A stretch of DNA of 64,000 bases, taken from the NCBI GenBank assembly GCA_037441675.1, contig JBBIRS010000007.1, forward strand, positions 32,001 to 96,000, in the 5' to 3' direction. Every line of letters starts with the position of its first letter. The stretch's first letter is position 1. Of the stretch, positions 9,021 to 18,060 are shown piece by piece. This stretch comes from Planctomycetales bacterium (GTDB taxonomy: Bacteria > 4484-113). The notes beneath the pieces were generated by a model that was given only the letters and a program-made list of their open reading frames with translations, ran no database searches and was not told where the DNA came from. The translations under genes and the position numbers were made by a program.

Positions 9021-10664
9021 TCACCTCTCCGCTAGCCCCATCAAGCGCTTGATATGCTTAATTGGTATTGAACCAAAGGATAGAAGCTCATCGTGGAACC
9101 TTCTCACTTCAAAGGATGCTCCCTTTGCCCTTTTATATTCTTGTAAGAGTTTCTCAATTTCAATCTTACCAAGCAGGTAACTAATTGGCTGAGTTGGTGA
9201 ATGGCAGTATCTTCTCACCTCCGTAATAGCATTAACTTCTTCTAGCTTGGCTTCCTTCACCAGGAACTTAACCGCCTGGTCAAATGTCATCAGGTTTGTA
9301 TGAAGGCTGACATCAATGATAACCCTTGAAGCTCGCCAAAGTGCATCCTTCAGCTGAAGGAGTCTGCACCTTGGGTCATCATAGAATCCCTCCCGCCACA
9401 TAAGCTCCTCGCAGTAAAGCGCCCATCCCTCCACAAAGACTGAAGTGTGCAAGAGATGCCGTAGCTTATCAGGGTGATACCCAGCGATGGAAAGTTGAAG
9501 ATGATGACCCGGATACGCCTCGTGTAACGCGGTGATAACAATTCCTGCTTTGGGATGACCTTTTAGTTGTTCCTCCACTTTTCTCTTGGGAGCATCGCTT
9601 GGCGCAGTAGTGACCCAGAATATGCCAAGCTTATCCTTTTCAAAGGGAGCAGGTGGAATATACGCGGCGTAGGGAATAAAGGGTTTTGCATATTCTGGTG
9701 TTTCAACCACTTTTAATCTCTCCTGAGCCGGAAAAGTTATTAGCCCCTTCCTCTTGACAAATTCCTTCGCTCTTTTCATCTCCTTCTCGTAATACTCCAC
9801 AAGCTCATCGTTGGATGGGTGATCCTTCTTTAATTCGTCTACAATTCTCTCCCAGCTCTTTCTAAAATTTATCTCCTTAGCGGTTTCCGCAAGCTCTCGC
9901 TTTATTTTCGCGAGATTCCTCTTGCCAAAGGCAAGAAGATCGTCAGCGTTTATGTCCGCGAAATGCTCATTCTTCAAGAGAAAGTTGAAAACACCTTTCC
10001 CCACTGCGTAGTTTCCCTTGCTACGCTTAAGAAGATCCTTTTCCAGAAAGTTTGCATAATCCTTGCATGCTGAAACCGCCTTATCGATAGCAGTTTTTAT
10101 TTCCTCCCTAAGCTCCTTATTCTCTTCGCCACGAACTCGCTTCAGAAACTTTCTAAGAGATTTCTCCATAAACGCTATTTGTCCCTGCGTTGCTAAGATA
10201 GCGCTTTCAGTGAAAATACGCGGAGGATTTTCCAGATTCTCCTCCGCCTGTTTTAAGACCTTAGGAATTTTCTTAAGTCTGCCAAGAATGGAGACCGCCC
10301 GCGTTTCAGGGGATGCAAATTCTCTCTCAGTGAGTACGTATAGACCAAAGTCTAGATATGATGAGGGTTGGCATTTTTCGCTCGGTAATTTTTTGCCCAT
10401 TAACTCCCACGTCCTTAAATTTCCCAAAAGGAGCTCGTAATCAACTCTATCTTCAATGTAGAGATTGTTCGGGTTTATACGGGAAAGTTGATTGATGAAC
10501 CTCTTTATCTCTTTCCTTCTTCGTTGAACATCCTCCTTTGCCCATGATGTTAGTTGTGTATCACGATTGTGAATACCAAGATACGTTGCGGTTGTTGGCG
10601 ATTCTCTGAGTAAGAAGTTAAAAAACTCTTCACCTATTTTTGTAAATGCTTTTGCACTGCTCAA
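9021..10664 (-). CDS. DUF885 family protein (putative metallopeptidase fold)
   Basis: SPTTATYLG, HEAYPGHHLQ, FVEGWALYCE, EVRRY..PTQPISYLLG, FHDELLSFGSIP. Confidence 0.9.
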   Translation of the reverse strand: MSSAKAFTKIGEEFFNFLLRESPTTATYLGIHNRDTQLTSWAKEDVQRRRKEIKRFINQLSRINPNNLYIEDRVDYELLLGNLRTWELMGKKLPSEKCQPSSYLDFGLYVLTEREFASPETRAVSILGRLKKIPKVLKQAEENLENPPRIFTESAILATQGQIAFMEKSLRKFLKRVRGEENKELREEIKTAIDKAVSACKDYANFLEKDLLKRSKGNYAVGKGVFNFLLKNEHFADINADDLLAFGKRNLAKIKRELAETAKEINFRKSWERIVDELKKDHPSNDELVEYYEKEMKRAKEFVKRKGLITFPAQERLKVVETPEYAKPFIPYAAYIPPAPFEKDKLGIFWVTTAPSDAPKRKVEEQLKGHPKAGIVITALHEAYPGHHLQLSIAGYHPDKLRHLLHTSVFVEGWALYCEELMWREGFYDDPRCRLLQLKDALWRASRVIIDVSLHTNLMTFDQAVKFLVKEAKLEEVNAITEVRRYCHSPTQPISYLLGKIEIEKLLQEYKRAKGASFEVRRFHDELLSFGSIPIKHIKRLMGLAER

Positions 10665-10893
10665 TTTCTTCCTCCTGAATTGATAAACGAAAGAAGTTAT
10701 CTTCCTCCTTTAGCCTTCATATTTTAAGCAAAATTATAAGAGTTCGCAATTACCTGAATAATACCTATTAAGGACTCGTCTTAGCAGATGAGAAGATATG
10801 CGAAAGCATTGGAAAATTCTAGTTAAGATGACTAACTATATTCCAATAGCTTTTAAGTGAGAGTTGATGTGAAGGATAAAATAAGAGGGGAGA

Positions 10894-12495
10894 GTGTTTG
10901 TTGGATTGATTGTAAAAGTGGAGCTTCATATCATTTTTCTCGCGGTACTATTTCTAACCGGCTGTTTCAATGTTCAGCTATCAAGAGAAACGACCTACCG
11001 CGTGGAGCTTCCCTCGTTCAGTCTAGGAGTAGCAATGCCCGCTTCAGCAAACATTCCCGTTGACCAAATAAAAGTTACTCGTCTTATTTTGCCAGACTTT
11101 CTTAATAAATTGCCTTTGGATTTTTCGCTCTATTCCGATTTCAGATGGATTGAAGCTTTTCAAATTGAGCCTGAGAATGCGCTATTACAAGAGGATGCAA
11201 TTCTCAAAATTCACCTAGGCTCTAGGGATGAGCCTGATAGTTCCCTCTTTCTTTTTTATGTGAGTGGAAGTGGCTATCTCTCACTAATAAGTGTAAGGAA
11301 TGTTGGTGATGAAGCATCAACTAACTTCCCCACGCGAACCTTTGGAACTTTTCTGCTTGGTGAGAATAGAAGGATAAAGGCTAGTAGGGAAGAGACGGTA
11401 GTACTAGGATTTGCGGACATCGCAGAGGGAAGCGCACCTTTAACCGTAAAGTTCACAGCTGTGGGAGTTGGTGGAAAAGCGCCATACAAGTTCTTTTGGG
11501 CATTTGGAGACGGAAATGGTGGTTTTGGAGAAGAAGTTATTCACACTTACAAAAGTCCCGCGGAATACGTGGTTACACTCAAAGCGCAGGACCCAAGCGG
11601 TAACGTTATAGATGGATTTGCGCCAATAATATCAGTGTTAAAAGATGATACGGAGCTTCGCAGTTGCCAGGTTGAATACGTGCCGGTTGATAGCAAGTAT
11701 TCTCGCACTCTAAGATTCTTTCCAACTATTTTCGGCGTAAAGAGAGGCGGTCATAATAATTCTTCATTAGCGGGCGGTTATGCCAAAAACACCTTCGTCT
11801 ATGAGTGGGCTTTTGGAGATGGCTCATTTTCGGTTGAACCTACTCCAACTCATTCTTACTCAAAAGGCTCTATTTACTCGGCGAAACTTAAAGTTAAAAC
11901 TCAAAGTGGGAAAAGTTTGGAAAAAAAATTTACCGTTGATTTAAGAGAGATTGGGCTAACCGCCAATCATCCTTATGGCATCGTCCCCCATAAGGTCGTC
12001 TTTTCCCTAAAATGTTCCGACTTGTCTCAACTCTTTGAAATTTACATTGATTTTGGCGATGGAAGTTCAGGTACTTTTGCTATGCGTCCTGACATTACGC
12101 CAATTATTACCCATACTTACTCTGAGGTAGGAACATTCAGGGTTTCTGGTAGAGTATCCGCGGATGCAAGTGATGTAAGTAATGAGAAATCCTGGCGAGA
12201 GACTAATGAATTGTACATTCTCGTCTTTCCCAACCCAAATCCCTCTGTCAGAAACCTGTCAAGCTCTTTTGCGAGGATTGGGGAAGAGCTTAAGCTATTT
12301 GGCTCCGACTTTGGGCCCATGATGGAGGAGAGGAGTTTAGTGATGCTTGGTGGAGGAGTAAAAGCGAAAATTCTAGAGTGGCACGACCGTGAAATTCGCT
12401 TTCAGGTTCCAGAAGAGGCGAAAAGCGGAGAGGTTTACGTTAGAAGACACAACTATCAAAGTAACCGCGTTTATTTGACAATACTTGATGGGTAG
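10894..12495 (+). CDS. Lipoprotein with several PKD domains and a C-terminal IPT/TIG-like domain
   Basis: LTGC lipobox; three (W/D)xFGDG..H(T/S)Y PKD motifs; terminal LFGSDFG..WHDREIRFQVPEEAKSG. Start codon uncertain. Confidence 0.8.
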   Translation: MFVGLIVKVELHIIFLAVLFLTGCFNVQLSRETTYRVELPSFSLGVAMPASANIPVDQIKVTRLILPDFLNKLPLDFSLYSDFRWIEAFQIEPENALLQEDAILKIHLGSRDEPDSSLFLFYVSGSGYLSLISVRNVGDEASTNFPTRTFGTFLLGENRRIKASREETVVLGFADIAEGSAPLTVKFTAVGVGGKAPYKFFWAFGDGNGGFGEEVIHTYKSPAEYVVTLKAQDPSGNVIDGFAPIISVLKDDTELRSCQVEYVPVDSKYSRTLRFFPTIFGVKRGGHNNSSLAGGYAKNTFVYEWAFGDGSFSVEPTPTHSYSKGSIYSAKLKVKTQSGKSLEKKFTVDLREIGLTANHPYGIVPHKVVFSLKCSDLSQLFEIYIDFGDGSSGTFAMRPDITPIITHTYSEVGTFRVSGRVSADASDVSNEKSWRETNELYILVFPNPNPSVRNLSSSFARIGEELKLFGSDFGPMMEERSLVMLGGGVKAKILEWHDREIRFQVPEEAKSGEVYVRRHNYQSNRVYLTILDG

Positions 12496-12661
12496 GGTTA
12501 GCACCCTTTTGGCTCACGGACGCTTGCCAGCTTTGGGCTGGTCCTCGGGCGTGATACAGGGTCAGCGTCAAAAATCCAATGTGAGACAACGGCGGGGGTT
12601 GTATACACTAGGGCGCAAACTCGTATCGCGCCGAGACGGCAGGGGCAAGCTCTCCGCACGA
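12492..12661. repeat. REP/REPIN-like composite repeat, locus 3
   Basis: GCTCACGGACGCTTGCCAGCT at 12512, CGGGCGTGATACAGGGTCAGC at 12546, AATCCAATGTGAGACAACGGCGGGG at 12573, TAGGGCGCAAACTCGTATCGCGCCG at 12609. Confidence 0.75.
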
Positions 12662-12767
12662 GAGGGGCGTTTCAGCGTCAGGCGTGTCGCTTATCGAGTC
12701 GCGTATTATTTGTTTCACTTTTTCCGAGTCTTTCGAATCTAGCGATGAAATTTGGTAGAATAAAAGC

Positions 12768-13307
12768 ATGAGTTCGCAGAATATTCCCGATGAAGAACAG
12801 GAAGAACCAAAAATTATAGTTGAGGATAAGAGGTTTAACCGTGATGAGATCTTTAGTGAAACTTTAGTTAGCACGGAGGAAGAGAAGACTTTAGAGGAGA
12901 AACCATCTACTGAGCCATCTAAAGTATCCGAAGAGAAGACCGCTTCGGCGGAAGAGGTTAAAAAGCCAACCGAGGAGGAGGAAGCAAATGAGCCAAAGCT
13001 TGTGAGCGTGTTCTCTTTGGGTGTGGATGGTTATCTGAAGCAGAGTCTCGGAGTACTTTTGAACTTTGCCTATGTGTATTTGGGACTGATCGCCAATCCC
13101 GAAACAGGCATCTTAACACCAGATATTTCCAAGGCGAAACTCTCAATTGACACGATAGATTTCATTATGGAAAAGTTGAAGTCAAGCTTTACCAAGCAAG
13201 AACAGGCGGAGCTCACAAGGTTGATTCGCGACCTCAAGGTCAATTTCTTGAACAAAGTTTCAGCGTCAGTGAATACGGTAGTAGAAAACAAAAAGGCAGG
13301 GGGTTAA
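12768..13307 (+). CDS. DUF1844 domain protein
   Basis: AYVYLGLIANPETG..DISKAKLSID..L..K..EQAEL..LIRDLKVNF, preceded by an acidic disordered N-terminus. Confidence 0.85.
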   Translation: MSSQNIPDEEQEEPKIIVEDKRFNRDEIFSETLVSTEEEKTLEEKPSTEPSKVSEEKTASAEEVKKPTEEEEANEPKLVSVFSLGVDGYLKQSLGVLLNFAYVYLGLIANPETGILTPDISKAKLSIDTIDFIMEKLKSSFTKQEQAELTRLIRDLKVNFLNKVSASVNTVVENKKAGG

Positions 13308-13308
13308 A

Positions 13309-14142
13309 GTGTTAGAGGTTGAACTTGAAGCCTTTGGCATAAAGATAGGCAATCATTTGCCACTGGTTTTTATCGGAGGACCCTGCGTTCTTGAAGAAAA
13401 CGGAAGTTACCTTGAGGTTGCGGAAGGGCTGAAAGAGATATGCGCAAGCTTGCAGATTCCATTTATCTTCAAAGCAAGTTACGACAAGGCTAACAGAAGC
13501 TCCATCCACTCTTACCGTGGGCCGGGCTTAGTTCAGGGTGAACAGATGCTTATGGAAGTGAAAGCCCGATATAACGTGCCAATCTTAACGGACGCACACA
13601 CCGAAAAAGAAATTGAGCTTCTAGGTGATGTGGTGGACATAATCCAAATTCCCGCGTTTCTCTCACGGCAAACTGATATGATTACCGCAGTAGCGAAGAA
13701 GGGTAAGCCTGCAAACGTAAAGAAAGGTCAGTTCTTGTCTCCCTGGGATTGTAGTAACATCATTGAGAAATTCCGCGTAAGCGGTGGAAGTGACATCATT
13801 ATAACTGAGCGCGGTTCCTCCTTTGGTTACAACAACCTCGTTGTTGATATGCGCTCATTTATGGTCATCAAATCCTTCGGTGTGCCTGTATGCTTTGACG
13901 CGACCCACGCAGTCCAGCTTCCCGGTGGCGCTGGAAAGGCAAGCTCGGGTCAGAGGGAATTTATCTTTCCTCTCAGCTTGAGCGCGGTTGCACAGGGCAT
14001 TGCCGCACTATTCTGGGAGGTCCACCCTAACCCGAATTTGGCTTTATCAGATGGTCCTAATATGTTCCCGCTTTCGGACGTTTCTGATGCATTAAAAGAA
14101 ATTAAAGCTCTTGATGATTTTATAAAAGCTAGAAGCAGATAG
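13309..14142 (+). CDS. kdsA: 3-deoxy-8-phosphooctulonate (KDO8P) synthase
   Basis: GGPCVLE, KASYDKANRSS, QIPAFLSRQTD, KKGQF, FDATHAVQLPGG, SDGPN. Confidence 0.97.
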   Translation: MLEVELEAFGIKIGNHLPLVFIGGPCVLEENGSYLEVAEGLKEICASLQIPFIFKASYDKANRSSIHSYRGPGLVQGEQMLMEVKARYNVPILTDAHTEKEIELLGDVVDIIQIPAFLSRQTDMITAVAKKGKPANVKKGQFLSPWDCSNIIEKFRVSGGSDIIITERGSSFGYNNLVVDMRSFMVIKSFGVPVCFDATHAVQLPGGAGKASSGQREFIFPLSLSAVAQGIAALFWEVHPNPNLALSDGPNMFPLSDVSDALKEIKALDDFIKARSR

Positions 14143-14294
14143 ATTTTATTGATGATTCTCTCTGATAAAATTTGTTCGGGAAATTTTAGCAACTAAATTC
14201 AAGCTAGTGACTTTTTTTAGAAACGGAAACTCACTGCTTTTGAGGGTAATATGTATTTGATGAGACGTAAAATCATTTTTATAGGGGTAACCAG

Positions 14295-16121
14295 ATGAAC
14301 GTCTTACTGCTTGTCATTTTATCACTCATCATCTATTTTCTTGCATACAAGTTTTACGCCGATTACATATCTAAGAGCATGAGGGTAGATGACTCTCGCC
14401 TAACTCCAGCCCATCTCTTGCGGGATGATTTAGATTACGTTCCGTCAACGCCTCTAGTGGTTTTTTCCCATCATTTTGCGACAATAGCTGGCGCAGGTCC
14501 TATCCTTGGTCCAACCATAGCCTTCGTCTATGGGTTAGTTCCTGTTTGGCTATGGGTGGTAATTGGCGCAGTTTTTTTGGGTGCTGTTCATGATTACACT
14601 TCCCTTTTCATAAGTCTTCGCGAGCGTGGCAGAAGTATCGCGGAAATAACTGCTAAGACTAGCGGTCGGCTGGGATTCTTCCTTTATATTAGTTTCACAA
14701 TTCTTCTTATTGTCCTAGTGTGCGCTGCCTTCCTTCAATTTTCGGTTCAAGCTCTTACGAGCTTTTATCCCCTCGATTCATTCAAAGTTGACCCTGGACG
14801 TTCCCTTCTTCCTTTGCATACTTTTGTTCGCGAAGGCGTCCAGATGGTGAGAATTGGCGGTATCGCAACCACCTCCGTCATTATCATTACCGCATTTGCT
14901 CCGCTAGTTGGTTATCTGCTTTACAGGAAGCGAATAAGAGTGCTTTTTGCTTTCTTAATAGCTACCATAGTTGCAATTGCGTCCGTTTTAGTTGGATTTT
15001 ATTTCCCAGTCCAATTTCACGGTCTTTCGGATAATTTGATTCGTCTTATATGGATGATTATTCTAAGCGTTTATGTTCTTTTTGCATCCGCTCTACCTGT
15101 TTTTATACTCCTCCAACCTCGGGATTTCACGAACGCCATTCTCCTCTATGTAGGTATGGCTCTTCTATTCCTATCAGCAATTTTTGGCGGACTGATGGGA
15201 GTAAAAACGGACGCTCCTTTTATTGGCTCTCTTCACGGCGCGAAGGGACTTGGTTTTATCTGGCCAGTAATGTTCATCACCATTGCCTGCGGTGCCATAT
15301 CGGGATTTCATTCCCTAGTTTCCTCAGGAACAACCGCGAAACAGTGTGATAGAGAGAATAACGCTAGGGTGATAAGTTTTGGCGGAATGCTTCTTGAATC
15401 ACTGCTGGCGGTGTTAGTGATTCTTGCGCTAGCCGCAGGGCTTGGCTTCTCTGAGTATCTAAAGGTCGCATGGCCTGAAACTGGAGCGTCCAACCCAGTT
15501 CTTGCATTTGCCCTCGGCGTTGGGAATTTGATGAACAAGGGTTTAGGATTTCCACTTTATATTGGCACAATTTTTGGAATTTTGATGCTTGAAGGTTTTC
15601 TAGTAACCACTCTTGATTCTGCGGTTAGGCTCAACCGATACTTGCTTGAGGAGTTATGGAACTTTACCCTTGGTGGTTTTGGAAGTGCTCCGGAGCGTGT
15701 GCCAAAAATTCTGAAAAGCCCATACTTCAACTCCACCCTCACTGTTCTACTAGCTTTTGGATTAGCTTATCCAAACGCATACACCTCAATCTGGCCACTC
15801 TTCGGTACAGCTAATCAGATGATGGCAGCGCTCACCTTAATAACGGTCAGTCTTTGGCTTGCCTATCGCGCTCGCCCGGTATGGTATACAGTTTTTCCTG
15901 CAATCTTTATGGTGGCAACAACTACGGCTAGCCTAATCATAATAACCCTTAATACATCGCACTTAGTTGCCCAATCGCCAACACCCGCGGTGATATCAAG
16001 ATTTGTTCTCGGAATCATCCTTCTCTTCTTCAGCATTGGTGTTGTTCTCTTGGGATTGATGCGGAGCTGGGAATTCTTGACTGGCAAGGCTGAAAAGATA
16101 CCAGAACCTGAACCTACTTAG
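14295..16121 (+). CDS. cstA: Carbon starvation protein A (peptide/pyruvate transporter family)
   Basis: HHFATIAGAGPILGP, GAVHD, FITIACGAISGFHSLVSSGTT, WPLFGTANQ; many TM helices. Confidence 0.95.
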   Translation: MNVLLLVILSLIIYFLAYKFYADYISKSMRVDDSRLTPAHLLRDDLDYVPSTPLVVFSHHFATIAGAGPILGPTIAFVYGLVPVWLWVVIGAVFLGAVHDYTSLFISLRERGRSIAEITAKTSGRLGFFLYISFTILLIVLVCAAFLQFSVQALTSFYPLDSFKVDPGRSLLPLHTFVREGVQMVRIGGIATTSVIIITAFAPLVGYLLYRKRIRVLFAFLIATIVAIASVLVGFYFPVQFHGLSDNLIRLIWMIILSVYVLFASALPVFILLQPRDFTNAILLYVGMALLFLSAIFGGLMGVKTDAPFIGSLHGAKGLGFIWPVMFITIACGAISGFHSLVSSGTTAKQCDRENNARVISFGGMLLESLLAVLVILALAAGLGFSEYLKVAWPETGASNPVLAFALGVGNLMNKGLGFPLYIGTIFGILMLEGFLVTTLDSAVRLNRYLLEELWNFTLGGFGSAPERVPKILKSPYFNSTLTVLLAFGLAYPNAYTSIWPLFGTANQMMAALTLITVSLWLAYRARPVWYTVFPAIFMVATTTASLIIITLNTSHLVAQSPTPAVISRFVLGIILLFFSIGVVLLGLMRSWEFLTGKAEKIPEPEPT

Positions 16122-16231
16122 GCTTCAATCGCTTTTGCTTTTCGCTTTATAAATGCTCGCCATTTCTGCAAGCTAAAGCCAATGATACCTGGGATGATGC
16201 TTATAGTTGAAGTATAGCGAGCATGAGAGAT

Positions 16232-17500
16232 TCATTCTCCAAGGATCTCTTCAGGAGAGATCTTCCGAACGAACTCAAACCTCATACTTCTCACCGTTTC
16301 CACAACAATGTCCTTAATGGCGTTATGCTGAGAGTCAATTGAAATCTTGCCTGTAACTCCCTGAAAGTTCACCGTCTTTTCAAGCGCGTTTGTTACCTCT
16401 TCGCTATCCAAGGTTCTTGCGCGTTTAATGGCATCGGCGAGCAGGTAAACAGTATCGTAAGCAAGCGCAGCGAAGGCATCGGGCAGAGTTTCATTCTGCT
16501 TGTGAAAGCTTTCAACGAAGCTCTTTGATTTTTCATCCGGCATATCCGAAGAAAAATGATTGGTTAGGTAAACTCCCTCAACACTTGAACCTCCCTGGCG
16601 AAGAAATTCATAGCTTCCTAGCCCATCTCCACCAACAATCTTTACATCAGGCAACTTTGAGCGGAGCTCACCTATAATTTCTACTGCGTCCGTGTAATAG
16701 CCCGGCAGGAGTAAAACTTCAAACTTCTTCAACGCTATCCTGTCAATAATTGGCTTAAAGCTCGTGACAATTCCGCCTCCGATGTATGCCTCATCTGTCA
16801 TAACTTGTACATCCTTGAAATTGCTCCTGAAGCTACTGAGGACGATCTCCCTTAAATGCCTGCTATAGGCGGAACTGCTGTCCCAGAGGATAGCGACACT
16901 CTTTGCACCAAGGTCTTTCGCAGTAAATGTCGCCATTGCGCGCCCTTGAAGATTATCTGTAAAGCATACCCTGAAGACGTACCTTTTGGTTGAACCATCC
17001 TCATTTAACGTGACTTGCGGGTTCGTGGCTACTGGAACTAGTAGCGGAACTTTCAGCTCCTGCGCCACTCTTGCCATCTGAATAGCTTCTGTGGATGAGG
17101 CGGATGCGATTAAAAAATCAGCTTCCTCCAAAGTAACAAGCTTTCTAGTCAAGGATTCTGCGAACGGAGCTTTGCCCTCCGTATCTTCGTAAATTACTCT
17201 AAATTTCTTCTTGTATACGCCACCTGCGCTGTTTATTTCTCCCACCGCCAAGTCAATTCCATTTTTCAACATCACGCCAAAACCTTGTATGGGACCCGAT
17301 AGCGGTAGCGCTGCTCCAACTCTTATGAAATCTTCATTCGCCACTGACTCGTTTTGGCTTCCTAGCTCCTCTAGCTTGGGCTCCCTGGGACATCCGTTTA
17401 ATAAGAATAAAAACCAAAGGGCGAAAACTAGGACGAGAGAATTTGCCAGTCTGGTTAATAGGCTCATTTGTTCTAGTGGGAAACGCATATGAAACCGCAT
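16232..17500 (-). CDS. Branched-chain amino-acid ABC transporter substrate-binding lipoprotein (LivK-like), no adjacent permease
   Basis: LLNGC lipobox, GAALPLSG, EINSAGGV, FRVCFTDNLQG, ALAYD, FQGVTGKI. Exact start uncertain. Confidence 0.9.
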   Translation of the reverse strand: MRFHMRFPLEQMSLLTRLANSLVLVFALWFLFLLNGCPREPKLEELGSQNESVANEDFIRVGAALPLSGPIQGFGVMLKNGIDLAVGEINSAGGVYKKKFRVIYEDTEGKAPFAESLTRKLVTLEEADFLIASASSTEAIQMARVAQELKVPLLVPVATNPQVTLNEDGSTKRYVFRVCFTDNLQGRAMATFTAKDLGAKSVAILWDSSSAYSRHLREIVLSSFRSNFKDVQVMTDEAYIGGGIVTSFKPIIDRIALKKFEVLLLPGYYTDAVEIIGELRSKLPDVKIVGGDGLGSYEFLRQGGSSVEGVYLTNHFSSDMPDEKSKSFVESFHKQNETLPDAFAALAYDTVYLLADAIKRARTLDSEEVTNALEKTVNFQGVTGKISIDSQHNAIKDIVVETVRSMRFEFVRKISPEEILGE

Positions 17501-17538
17501 ATGAAATTTATCCTTTCTCCGCGAATAACTTGAATAAC

Positions 17539-17567
17539 TTGAGTGAAAATTTCACGCAGTTTATAAT
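17539..17567 (+). promoter_or_regulatory. Sigma70-type promoter for tRNA-Leu
   Basis: TTGAGT (17539-17544), 17-bp spacer, TATAAT (17562-17567). Confidence 0.6.
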
Positions 17568-17651
17568 TGTATCAGGATTTGAGAAGAGGTTGAGGAAGAG
17601 AGAGATTATTGAGAAAGGAAGAAAAAAGCGTCAAGACCGAGCGATTAGAGT

Positions 17652-17735
17652 GCCGAGGTGGCGGAACAGGCAGACGCGTCGGACTCAAAATCCGATGGGG
17701 GCAACCCCGTGGGGGTTCGACTCCCCCCCTCGGCA
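17652..17735 (+). tRNA. tRNA-Leu (anticodon CAA), CCA not encoded
   Basis: Acceptor stem GCCGAGG/CCTCGGC, anticodon arm TCGGA-CTCAAAA-TCCGA, long variable arm GGGGCAACCCC, T-loop GTTCGAC. Confidence 0.97.
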
Positions 17736-17761
17736 GATTCCAACTGAATGTTGGGGAAAGT

Positions 17762-17999
17762 GTATCGCGCCGAAATTTACCTGTAGGGCTGGGCCCTGTG
17801 CCTCGCTAAGATGAATGAAATGACGGCGACCTCAAGTACTTTCAATTCTGGAGCTCACGGCGCTTGTCAGCTCCTAGCTGATCCCCGCCGTGGGGATAGG
17901 ACACGCCCGGCGACGGGCGTGATAGAGAGTCAGCTTCACTAATCCAATGTGAGACAATGGCGGGGCACAGCTCCCCTTCAGGGTGAACCCGCCCTACAG
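17762..17999. repeat. REP/REPIN-like composite repeat, locus 4
   Basis: GTATCGCGCCG, GTAGGGCTGGGCCCTGTGCC, AAGATGAATGAAATGACGGCGACC (22/24 reverse-complement match to 2909-2932), CACGCCCG-GCGA-CGGGCGTG hairpin, AATCCAATGTGAGACAATGGCGGGG, CCCCTTCAGGGTGAACCCGCCCTACAG. Confidence 0.8.
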
Positions 18000-18060
18000 T
18001 ATTGCTTTTATCTTATTGCTCAGTATAATCTACTTGGAAATATAAAGTTCCCTAACACAG

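Noticed and set aside
17484..17506. Short direct duplications (CGCATATGAAA x2; also AAAAGATTTTG x2 at 27077-27100 and GGAAAACTAG x2 near 22542-22566)
   Set aside because: Two-copy 10-11-mers in AT-rich DNA are compatible with slippage or chance, and they share no consensus.
17652..18060. tRNA-targeted genomic island at tRNA-Leu (also considered for tRNA-Gly)
   Set aside because: No integrase and no duplicated tRNA 3' end seen elsewhere in the window.
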